Assembly (NCBI GenBank): GCA_964016885.1
Contig: OZ024742.1
Span: 94,302,001-94,366,000, forward strand
Reading direction: 5' to 3'
From: Eledone cirrhosa
Lineage: Eukaryota
Length of the DNA: 64,000 nucleotides
How positions within the stretch are numbered: position 1 is the stretch's first letter; every line of letters begins with the position of its first letter. Positions 14,891 to 26,199 of the stretch are shown piece after piece. The translations under genes and the position numbers were made by a program. Under the pieces are notes generated by a model. It made no database searches and had not been told where the DNA came from. It worked only from the letters and a program-made list of their open reading frames with translations.

Positions 14891-15625
14891 TTAGGAAGAA
14901 CATACAAAAAAATATTATTTAAATATTAAATCTATTTTTTTCTAATCAAGCCTTATATATGTTTCATAACAACTTATACATATTCCATGAAACCCATGGA
15001 TTAACACATGGAATATTATTTTCATGGATTCAATTAATGATCTATCTGGTAAATTGCCACTTCATTATCACTTGCATAATCATTCTACATGTCTTATTTT
15101 ACCAACAAATGTGAAAACTACCTTATATTCTTATATATATATAAATATATATCACGATGTTAGCTCTTACATAGCTGTATACATATAAGTATGCATATTT
15201 TGTATATCTAGCAATATACGGTATTTTCACAAATAAACATTTTGAAAGCCCTCTCTATGAATTTGGAAACTGATGACATAGCGCCATTGAGAGGATTCCA
15301 GCAGAAGCAAAGTATGGGTAAATGATGATGAAGACATGGTTTCTGACTCTGGTCATCATCAAATCATTACTCCCTTACCTTAAACTCTGTTGGAACTCAA
15401 TATAGGCAAAAGCATATAGTTTTGACACCTATGTACACGGGCTGATTAACCTTGTTTGAATAGAGAGCTATCAGCTGGCTCGGCCATGGAATAAAATTAA
15501 GGTGTTAGCTCTAGCATAGCTGTAAACATATAAGTATGTGTATTTTTATATCTAGTGATATACGGTATGTTTCTGAATAGGCATTTTCAAAGCCTTCAGC
15601 AAGGAATTTGGAAACTGATGATGTA

Positions 15626-15664
<39 letters not shown>

Positions 15665-15696
15665 GAAACACACAGATGCATGCGGACACACACATA

Positions 15697-16748
15697 GTGT
15701 GTCCGCATGCATCTGTGTGTTTCTAAATATATTAATAACTCCCTCTGGTCGAGCAATCTTTGAAGTGTGGGGACAACTGGAAAGCTTCCATTACTCATAC
15801 TTCTCGCCTTCTTCACTACCTCTTCTACGGCCTCGATATGAATACCCCCTCCGCCTCCGTGGTATTTTCTTCGTGGTTATAAGTGGCTTAGCTCTGTTTC
15901 TCGACCGTTATATCGCGTGACTATCTCCCCCTCCGCCTTTTGGGATTCTTTCTCGCGTCGTGTAGACGCGTTCTTGAGACTAGTAAAATGAGGTATCCTC
16001 TTGATAAGTCGGCAGACCTCGCAAGGACTCTATATCTTTGATATATTGTTTTTGTTTATGCCACGAAACTACGTAGTCGAGGAATTTAGGAACAGTTTAG
16101 GTATGATACATTTTATTACTAATTATATCTAAATGTTTCTTCTCCCTTCATAATGTATTTTTAACTCTGATACTGGTGCAGTCTGGTTCAAACTGAATTG
16201 GTCTGTCCCAGTCATTCATTGAGCAACATCGGTGAAGTTGGCACCCTTAACTCACAGTTGGGTGCGGATGCATTCATGTATATATGTGTGTGTCCGCATG
16301 CATCTGTGTGTTTCTAAATATATTAATAACTCCCTCTGGTCGAGCAATCTTTGAAGTGTGGGGACAACTGGAAACCTTCCATTACTCATACTTCTCGCCT
16401 TCTTCACTAACTCTTCTACGGCCTCGATATGAATACCCCCTCCGCCTCCGTGGTATTTTCTTCGTGGTTATAAGAGGCTTAGCTCTGTTTCTCGACCGTT
16501 ATATCGCGTGACTATCTCCCCCTCCGCCTTTTGGGATTCTTTCTCACGTCGTGTAGACGCGTTCTTGAGACTAGTAAAATGAGGTATCCTCTTGATATGT
16601 CGGCAGACCTCGCAAGGACTCTATATCTTTGATATATTGTTTTTGTTTATGCCACGAAACTACGTAGTCGAGGAATTTAGGAACAGTTTAGGTATGATAC
16701 ATTTTATTACTAATTATATCTAAATGTTTCTTCTCCCTTCATAATGTA
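15697..16748 (+). repeat. Tandem duplication, 591-bp period, TA-flanked, with degenerate hammerhead
   Basis: 15697-16158 is nearly identical to 16288-16748. Each copy has tcctc TTGATA(A/T) ... GAAA ctacgtag TC gagga. Confidence 0.9.
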
Positions 16749-17104
16749 TATATATATATATATATAATTTCTTTGTTTATTCTCCTGGAAATATCATTAA
16801 ATCTCAGGAAAGAATTGCTGGACAGATTTTACAGGCAAGACCAACTGGTAGGAGACCCAAGGGTATATTTTTTGATAAAATGATGATCGGATAAAATCCT
16901 TAAGTTCAGCCGGTCTTGCTTAGGAATCCAGCTTAATTATTTGGAAATGGTTGTTTCTGGCAGGACCCACATGAATAAGTGAGTGAAGAAGAAGAAGAAG
17001 AAGAAGAAGAAGAAGAAGAAGAAGAAGAAGAGGCGAGAAGGGGGAGTAATAGTAGTAGTAGTAGTAGTAAAAGAAGAAGAAGAAGGTGTTCTAAGTTCAA
17101 ATAA

Positions 17105-17650
17105 TTATTTTTACTTTTGGCACAGGGCCAGCAGTTACCCCATTGCACAACTGGTGCTTTATTTTATCAGCCACGTAAGGATGAAAGGCAAAGATAATGT
17201 TGGCGGGATTTGAACTTGGAACTCAAAGGGGCATAGCTCTATGCTGCAAAGCATGGCATCTGACACTCTACCGATACTGCCCATCCACCGCTGTTTCAAA
17301 AGGTACCAAGTTAACTTGGCCTTTCACCTTACCGGGGTTGTGAAAATAAAATACCAGTTAAATACTAGGCTTGATATAATCAACTTTATTCAACCCCTAC
17401 ACTGCTGGTTTATGCCTAAATATTTAAACTATTATTCTATTTGCAGTATAGGTAGAGCCTCAGACAGCATGCTTTGCACCATACAGTTATGGCCTTTTTT
17501 GTCATGTATTCAAATTTTTCTGAGGTTAGATTTGCCTTTCATCCTTATAAGGTTGATAAAATAAAGTATCTGTAATATATTGGGGTCAATTTAATCGCCT
17601 TTCCCCTTCCTTTCAAGTTGCTGGCATTGTTCCTAGATAAGAAACCATTA
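17105..17650. mobile_element. Cluster of three SINE copies (one minus, two plus)
   Basis: Same B-box, ctttcatcct..ataaaataaagtacc and gctggc(c)ttg motifs as the SINE at 11906. Confidence 0.8.
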
Positions 17651-17674
17651 TGAAATAATTATTAATATTAAAAA

Positions 17675-19578
17675 TGAACAAGTCATACAGAATGGGGTCG
17701 TTCCGAAGGACTGGCGCAGCAACGTCATCATTAACTGCTACAAGGGTAAAGGAGATGCTCTAGATAGGGGAAACTATAGAGGCATTAAATTAATTGACCA
17801 GGTCATGAAGGTCACAGAAAAAGTAATACTGCAACTAATCCGAGAGCGAATTGATCTAGATGAAATGCAGTTCGGGTTTGTGTCAGGTAAAAGTACAACA
17901 GACGCTCTTTTCATTGTACGACAACTACAGGAGAAGTACTTAGCTAAAAGTAAACCCCTCTACTTAGCTTTTGTTGACTTGGAGAAAGCCTTTGACAGAG
18001 TACCCCACTCGATTATCTGGTGGGCCCTTAGAAAACTAGGGGTTGATGAATGGCTTGAGAGAGCTATACAAGCCATGTATAAAGAAACAGTCAGCAAGGT
18101 TAGAATTAACAACGAATATAGTGAAGAGTTTAGCGTAAAAGTTGGTGTTCATCAGGGTTCCATCCTTAGCCCCCTACTATTTATTATTTCCCTTCAGGCT
18201 ATAATAGAGGAGTTCAAGACTGGTTGCCCATGGGAACTTCTATACGCAGATGCTCTAACACACATAGCTGAATCAATGGCTGAACTAGAGAAGAAATTCC
18301 AAACATGGAAGCATAGCCTAGAATCAAAAGGCCTTAAAATTAACTTGTCTAAGACTAAAGTTCTAGTTTGTAGGAAGGAAAATAGGGTACTGGTCCCATC
18401 AGGGAAATGGCCATGCTCAGTGTGTAGGAAAGGAGTAGGCAGAAACTCCATTTTATGTCCCAAATGCAAAGTATGGCTGCATAAAAGATGTAGTGGGATC
18501 ACAGGTAAGCTAACTAAGAATATAGATTTTATATGTGGCCGGTGCTCAGGTGCAATAAGTAGCAGCAAGTGCCCACAGAATACTAGCTCATTCCATTGCA
18601 CAGATGGTTCTATAGAAATAGTGGACACCTTCTGTTACCTGGGGGACAAAATCAGCAATGGTGGAGGGTGCTCTGAAAGTACAGTAGCTAGAGCTAGAAC
18701 GGGATGGAAAAAGTTCAGAGAGCTTATACCACTATTGGCCGCTAAAGAGTTCTCTCTAAAAATGAAAGGCAGGCTGTATGATGCCTGCATACGAACAGCA
18801 ATGTTACATGGCAGTGAGACTTGGGCATTGTGTGCAGAGGATATACGCAGACTGGAGATGAATGAAGCTTGCATGCTCCGTTGGATGTGTAATAGTAATA
18901 TACATGAACGGCAAAGCATAAATGAACTAAGGGAGAAATTAGGAATAAGAGGAATCAGATGTTGTTTACTTGAGAGAAGACTACGTTGGTATGATCACGT
19001 GATGTGCATGAAAGACGACAGCTGTATAAAAAAGTGCAGGGCGATAAAAATAGACGGTAGCCAGGGAGTAGGCAGATCCAGAAAAAGCTGGGACAAATTG
19101 ATAAATTCCGACCTCACACACTTACACCTTTCCAAGACAATGTCACTGGACCAAGATCTTTGGCGCCATACAGTAATACAGAAGACCCACCTTGCCTAAG
19201 TACAAAGCAAAACCTACAGTCAGTAGGCACCTCTAACAAAAATACACCCCTGCCTCATCCACACCACCCCTTTCGATGTAATGTTATGTTGGTACCACAA
19301 CATCCAGTCCGAAATAAATGAGGTCATGTAGGTGTCACGACAAAAAAACACACAGTCCACGCTATAATGTGGCAATGTAGGTGACACAGTAAAAACCTCC
19401 CAGTCCACACTGTAAACGTGGTTGGTGTTAGGAAGGGCATCCAGCCGTAGAAAACCCGCCAGACTGTCCTATGCGGGCAAGACAACCAATCTTGCCTCAA
19501 GTGGGAAAACTCCCGTCCAAACCCATGCAAGCGTGGAAGATGGACGTTAAACGATGATGATGATGATGATGATGATGA
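17675..19578 (+). mobile_element. 5'-truncated RTE-clade LINE with 464-aa RT ORF and (GAT)n tail
   Basis: ORF 17805-19199 has DLEKAFD, GVHQGSILSP, LYADAL (second catalytic Asp lost), a PHD-like Cys cluster, FCYLG, LHGSETW and RRLRWY. Tail gatgatgat at ~19553-19578. Confidence 0.96.
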
Positions 19579-19944
19579 AGCTTGGGGGCTGGATTATTTT
19601 ATTTATAAGTCTGAATTCTAGGATTCTCAGAATGAACAAGGACCTGTCAATGATTATTTGCAGGGACACTATTCTCAGCTGTTAAAAATGGGGTCAAAGA
19701 TTGTGGTGGCAATGGTTAATATATCCCAACATATATTGTCTATAATAGTAGAACAAGAAATTACAGTCTTTGTGTAACTATAGTTTGTACTTAAATTTTA
19801 AATCACACCAAGGTTGATTTGACTTTCATCAATCTGCATTGAATATAACTGATTAGAACATTCCACAAACTGTGTAGGTTACTATTTATATCAGAAATAT
19901 ATACTTTTATAACTACAATAATAAAAGTATTAGTATTAAATGTA

Positions 19945-20078
19945 TAGTTACGTCCCTTTACGATCTGAGTTCAAATCCCGCCGAGGTTGACTTTGCCTTT
20001 CATCCTTACGGGGTCGATAAAATAAAGTACCAGTAATGCACTGGGTAATTGCTGGCCTTGTGCCTAAAGTAGAAACAA
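19945..20078 (+). mobile_element. tRNA-derived SINE (5'-truncated)
   Basis: ctgagttcaaatcccgccgaggttgactttgcctttcatccttacggggtcgataaaataaagtaccag...gtagaaac. Confidence 0.9.
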
Positions 20079-20231
20079 GTATTAAATGTATAATATGGTA
20101 ACTAATTTCAAATTAGATACAATTCACAAAATTATTCAGTAGAAAAGAAATTTAAAATTTTGACAATCTCTTTCCTGTTTCACTTGATGTACAGATATTT
20201 CACAAACTACAATATTATTATTATTATTATT

Positions 20232-21515
20232 GGAGTCTCAGTCATTGATGTTATTTAACTTGGAAAGTTTGTTCAAATGAATATCAAGCCACTACTCGCA
20301 GCCTCACTACTCTCCGTATTGGAGAGTTCTTGCTGTTCCCAGCAAGCATGCCTTTTGAAGTGTTCCAAAATAGGCAGCTGGACTAATGTTCTTTAACCAT
20401 CCTTGAAAACTCTTTGAGAGAGTACCTAGTGCTCCTATGACAATCGGGACAACCTTGATTTCATGAGTCTCAAATCCTTATAACTCCCACTTTAAATCCT
20501 GGTATCAGTTAATTTTTTCCTTCTCATTTTCTTGCACTCTTGTGTCAAAGGGGCAGGCTACATCTACAATGTGGCACAACCTTTTTCTGTTGTCAAAAGC
20601 CACCAGGTCAGGCCCATTGTGTTCTAACTTCTTGTCTGTCTGTATCCTGAAATCCCATAGCACCTTCACTTGATCATTTTCTCTCATCGACTCTAGATTA
20701 TGCTCATACCACTTCTCAGAATGTGGTAAATTATTTAGTTTGCATAAATGGCAGTGTATCATCTTTCCGATTATATCATGCCTCCAGCCTTTATAGCGAG
20801 TCTGGGTTAGGTGTTTACACTCGGATACGATGTGAGCCACAGTCTCCACCCTCTCTCCACAGATCTCACACAGTGAGATAGCCTCCTCCTTGTCTATATG
20901 GTGTTTCCCCCACTTCGGTCTGAGGGCTTGCTTTTGGGCAGTCATTAACATTCTATCTGTAGCTTTTTTAAGGTCTCCTGTTTTTAACCAGCTCTATGTC
21001 TGTGGATCTCTGAATTCTGTTTTCTTAAAGAAGGTGCTATGAAGTGATTTTTCATGAAGGTTGCTCTTCCTCTATGTTGTTATTTCCTCCTTGGACATCA
21101 CCTGGTCTATTGTCTTCTCCTTCAGTACAACGTTGAGCATTGGCTCCCTACTCTCAGACACATATTTATGCATACTGCTTTTCTCCATCTGAACAGATCT
21201 CTTTAATTAGAGTCTATCAACATCACTCTGCTTGTGGAACATGCAGTAGGTAGTCATTAGCTTGCTAGTCTTTCTTTACATTTCTTTTCGTTCAGTAACA
21301 TTTCATTTCAGAATTCACACACTGTACCTAATAAGAGATACAGCTCGGGAATTTACTGCACTTATGACGTTCCTACTATTTAGGTGTGATTTTAATATGT
21401 TCCTTACTCTTCTTATGTATTCAGATCTCATCAATTCCTTCATTTTATTGTTCTTGATGTCATCTGCCTCCAGAACACCCAAATATTTGTATCCCTCTTC
21501 ATGTGCGCATGGGGC
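20232..21515 (-). mobile_element. R4/Dong-clade LINE remnant (CCHC knuckle + restriction-like endonuclease)
   Basis: GYKYLGVLE, NVISAVNSRAVSLIRYS, CEICGERVETVAHIVSEC (CCHC), RHD, LWDFRIQTD, PDLV and DVACPFD. The 3' end abuts a (TAA)n run at ~20212-20231. Confidence 0.88.
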
Positions 21516-21796
21516 GGATAGGTATTTTTGAGTAAGAAATAAATCTCCACATGATTTCATGGGTAAGTGAAAATAGATGATAGGGAGCTTGGCAGTTATG
21601 ATGTCATTAGTTTTCAACAAATGTCGTGGAATTTAAAGGCATGATGTGAGGAAGAAATGGGGCGGAAATCATCCTGGATAGAGTGGTGTTGTACTGTAAA
21701 TCTGAGAAAAGTTACTAAGGTGCAATGCAGTAGAGATGGCGGGAGGGGGGGTGCTATTAATTAAATCAGTCACATTATTATTCAGGTAGGTTTGCT

Positions 21797-22169
21797 AAAT
21801 GATTCAAAGTGATTCTAGCATAGGTTATAAAGACACTATGTATGCTAATGTTGCCTATCATTTAGGCATCTTATTCTTGATTGAAAAGTAAGCAACACTA
21901 ACACATATAGTGATTCTATGAACTATGTTAGATAGCAAGCAAGTGAGTGAGAAATTACTTATAATATATTTTGGTTGTGCACATAACATTGAGCATTCTT
22001 TTTCCTTCATCAATTCTAGAAAAACACAGGCATATGATTATATATATATATATATAATCATCCTTATCACCGTTTAATGCCTGTGTTTTTCTAGAATGAA
22101 GGAAAAAATTAGGCAACATTAGCATACATAGTGTCTTTATAACCTATGCTAGAATCACTTTGACTCATT

Positions 22170-22170
<1 letters not shown>
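21797..22170. repeat. Inverted repeat (~62-bp arms); right end re-iterated among TA runs to ~22295
   Basis: aaatgattcaaagtgattctagcataggttataaagacactatgtatgctaatgttgccta versus taggcaacattagcatac...gctagaatcactttgactcattt. Confidence 0.85.
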
Positions 22171-22200
<30 letters not shown>

Positions 22201-22221
22201 ATGCTAGAATCACTTTGACTC

Positions 22222-22271
<50 letters not shown>

Positions 22272-22288
22272 TAGAATCACTTTGACTC

Positions 22289-22333
<45 letters not shown>

Positions 22334-22337
22334 TCAT

Positions 22338-22880
22338 AATTTTCAATCATATTTTATTTGTTTGACCCGAATTACTTGGTCGTCTCTATGGCTGTGCGGA
22401 TAATGGTTTAACCATCGTCTCAGTGTGTATGGCCTTTTAACTTATATTGTAGCTCTAGTTCACTAGCTTCTATGGAGTGCTTGCCACACATCTCGGAAGT
22501 TGTTTTTCGCTAATTTCCAATAGCCAAAATACGATTCTCGCTATTTTGTATTTGTATTAATCTCCAGAGTCTAGCTATTGACCAATTAATTTTCTTGATT
22601 TTTTTAGTTAATTCTATTGACTGATTAATAGCTCTTGTTAATTTTAAAACGATTCTGTTGAGAATTTTCAATCATATTTTATTTGTTTGACCCGAATTAC
22701 TTGGTCGTCTCTATGGCTGTGTGGATAATGGTTTAACCATCGTCTCAGTGTGTTTGGCCTTTTAACTTATGTTGTAGCTCTAGTTCACTAGCTTCTATGG
22801 AGCGCTTGCCACATATCTCGGAAGTTGTTTTTCGCTAATTTCCAATAGCCGAAATATGATTCTCGCTAATTTATATTTAT
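22338..22880 (+). repeat. Direct tandem duplication (~325-bp period) between TA runs
   Basis: aattttcaatcatattttatttgtttgacccgaattacttggtcgtctc...gattctcgcta occurs at ~22338 and ~22662. Confidence 0.88.
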
Positions 22881-22896
22881 ATATACATATATATAC

Positions 22897-22954
<58 letters not shown>

Positions 22955-23185
22955 TATATACAGTGAGTGTGTTCTGTTATTAATTCTGGCAATATTACGC
23001 AAATATGACCCTCCCCTAGTGTAACAATATATATATACATATATATATACACATATATATATATAGGTTAACTTTGCCTTTCATTCTTACGGGGTCGATA
23101 AAATAAAGTACCAGTAATACACTGGGTAATTGCTGGCCTTGTTCCAAAAGTAGAAACACATATATATATGTATATATATATATAT

Positions 23186-23385
23186 TTGAATAAAGTTAGT
23201 CCTTCATCAGTGATCTTCCAACCATCATGGGTATTTCATCACTTTAAAGACCATATACCTCCGGTCGGTGTGAGCAACAGCTAAAAAAAGTCGTTGGGAA
23301 CACGTAAATAAAGGGGACACGAGAGTGTAAGCAAACAAAGATGGTGAAGCAACGAAAAGTGAGGAAGAACGAGTCAAGTCCCAAA
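23186..23385 (-). repeat. Dispersed fragment of the 621/637-bp repeat family, embedded in (TA)n
   Basis: Reverse complement matches 56770-56970 (ggaagatcactgatgaaggactaactttattca). Confidence 0.88.
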
Positions 23386-23437
23386 TATATATATATATAT
23401 ATATGTGTGTGTTATTAATATATATTAATATATATAT

Positions 23438-24062
23438 AATTAAGTTAAAAATGTACATCCACATATGTATACTGAAATACTAGTATGCATATGAATACAC
23501 ACACGTATACATATGTAGATGTACCAAGTCTTTCACTGGTTACTTTACTGTGAGTATCCAGCTATTCTTTATGTAAACACACAGACAAACCGGTTTTTAG
23601 AGTCATACTGGTTTTTGAGGAAACACCTTTCCTCTATTCTCCAGAAAGCCAGACAAGGGATATTGAACTAGTTTCGTTGTTGTTACAACTCATCAGCAAT
23701 ATTTACCTATCTACCGGCCTTTCTGGAGAATCGTAAAAGCACATATCGTTATATGCTTTTTCTATGAAAATTAGTAGTGGGCAGACTAATTTGCATAGAG
23801 TGTGAGTACGTACCGGTTCAACGGAGACGATAAAAACAAATAACGAAACGAAATTCAGGAGAATAGAGGAAAGGTGTTTCCTCAAAAACCAGTATGACTC
23901 TAAAAACCGGTTTGTCTGTGTGTTTACATACAGAATAGCTGGATACTCACAGTAAAGTAACCAGTGAAAGACTTGGTACATCTACATATGTATACGTGTG
24001 TGTATTCATATGCATACTAGTATTTCAGTATACATATGTGGATGTACATTTTTAACTTAATT
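23438..24062. repeat. Near-perfect fold-back (arms 23438-23642 and 23858-24062)
   Basis: 205-bp arms that are reverse complements with very few mismatches. The spacer contains a hammerhead. Confidence 0.93.
23660..23702 (-). ncRNA. Minimal type I hammerhead ribozyme motif
   Basis: Minus strand: atattg CTGATGA gttgt aaca acaac GAAA ctag TT caatat. 6-bp stem I, 5-bp stem II, palindromic ACTAGT stem III, GUU site. Confidence 0.85.
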
Positions 24063-24127
24063 GTTTAAGCGTCAGTCATACAAAAGTGAGTTACAAACGA
24101 AACGAAATTTAATTTCGTTTCGTTATT

Positions 24128-24159
<32 letters not shown>

Positions 24160-25399
24160 TAATTCAAAATATTAACAAAAATAGACATTCGTGTGATTAA
24201 GTATATCTGTTGTTAATTCTTTAGAGGTTAAATTAACAATTTTTATTACATTTTGTGTCTCCTGTGTGTTTTGTGTTATCTTGTTATCGTGTGTCTGTGT
24301 GCTGTGTCTAAAAAATGATTACGGAAGTTGTGGTGGCTGTTGAAGTTTGGATTCTCTTATGCTTGTATTGGCCCCTGCTGTTGTTGTTAGATGGTGTGTA
24401 GCTGTGGTGGTTGTTGAAGTTAGGTTGTATCGTGTGGTTGTATTGAACCCTGCTGATGTTGTAGGATGTGTAGATTTGATGGACGTGGTTATAGGGTGCG
24501 AAGTTGTGGTGGTTGTTGAAGTTGGGTTGTATCGTATGGTTGTGCTGAGCACTGCTGTTGTTGTAGGGTGTGTAGACTTGGTGTAGTTGTAGTAGGGTTT
24601 TCTTGTGTGGTTATATTGAGTTCTGCTGTTGCTGTTATATGGTGTGTATTTATGGTGGTTGTAGTGGTTAGGGTGTCTCGTGTGATGGTATTGTCCCCGG
24701 CGGTGTTGTTGTAGTAGGATGTGGTTAGTGGGGGAGGGTAGAATAGGGTTTCCTTATAGTTGGTGTGTGGTTGTGAGGCTCTATGTGACATGTGTGGTAG
24801 TTGTGTATTTTGGGTTCTATGTTGGAAGTAATGATGGTTGTGGGTTTGTTGTGTGGGGATGTTAGTGGCGTTGTAAGTGTGGGGGATTCTGTGGTTTCTC
24901 CTGGTGGGAGAGAAGTTGTAGTGCCTATCTTGTAGCTGATGTTTTTCTATTGCTATATTTGTTGCTTGGGAATCCGTGTGGTAGTTATGTGGAGGGTCTA
25001 GGGGCGAGGTGATGCCTTCTTTCTTTTGGTATGTGGGGAGGTATTGTTTTTTTGTTGTTGTTGGTTGTTGTGTGGTGTTTGGGTGTTGATTGAGTTTTCT
25101 TGTTATTATGGTTTTAATGAAGGGGTTCTTGGATGTGTGTCTTTTTGGAAAAGTGTTTTATAGTTAGAGAACCAGGTTTTGTTTATTTCCCAACGCTGAA
25201 GGGATTTTAATTCTTCCTTATTACAGGTCCTCTAACCATAATTTTGAAGTATTTGCTAGGGTGGTGTCTTTGGTTTTATTGATAATTGCTTGATCAATCT
25301 CATCGTCGGTTGATTTGATTCTATCTTCATTTGCTTGGGCTCTCAATTTAATACATTTCCTATTAATACAGTGGGTTTTTTAAATCAGCAAAACATACA

Positions 25400-26180
25400 C
25401 TTTTAAGAAAACCCACTGTACTAATAGGAAATGTATTATATGTAAAGTAAACCCCCGGATAAACTGTAAAACTAGAAACGTAGTCTATAGCATAATATGT
25501 ACAGAGGGTACTTGCGGAAACATGACAACAACATACATAGGCGAGACAGTTCGTAGCATAGGTGAAATGATAGACCAACACTGGGGGGAACTAAAAGGGC
25601 GACAAAACGGTTCAGTACTATACGAACAAGCCAGACAACAACATGACGGTAACATAGACAACATAGAAATTAAAATAATATCTAAACATAGAAATGACCC
25701 AGCAGATCAGAGAGGCCAGTGAGATAGAATTTAGAAGGTCAAAGCTAATCAGAAAAAATGAATGGAATAACAACACCCAAACAAACGATACTCACCTAAG
25801 AGAAATATAAATAAATAAATAAATAAATACATACACAATCACAATAACAACAAACACATATAAACACACACTAGTAAACTAAGATAGAATGCAATAAACA
25901 AAACACAGTCACCCAAAGACGAACACACATCAAACACTATACACACACGCAAACGCATGCGCAGAGAAGAAGACAAAAATAAATAAATAAATAAACAGAT
26001 TAAATAATGATGGCGTAGACATACAATACAACAGGGGGAAACATAATAGCACCACTGACGATTTTGCAGATATGCAACAAAAGAACTTTGTTAGACTATA
26101 TATATGTGTTTGTGTCTATATTATATCTGTATTTTTGACCGTTGGTCAGTCAATGGTAAACATCGAGGACCGAATAAATA
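25400..26180 (+). mobile_element. 3' fragment of a Penelope-like element (GIY-YIG endonuclease + 3' region); mirrored at ~30175-30965 (-)
   Basis: C..KCIICK..NCKxRNVVYSIxC..C..TYIGETVRSI (GIY-YIG signature VVY/YIGET). A downstream ccaCTGACGA hairpin lies at ~26052. Confidence 0.82.
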
Positions 26181-26199
26181 TATATATATATATATATAT

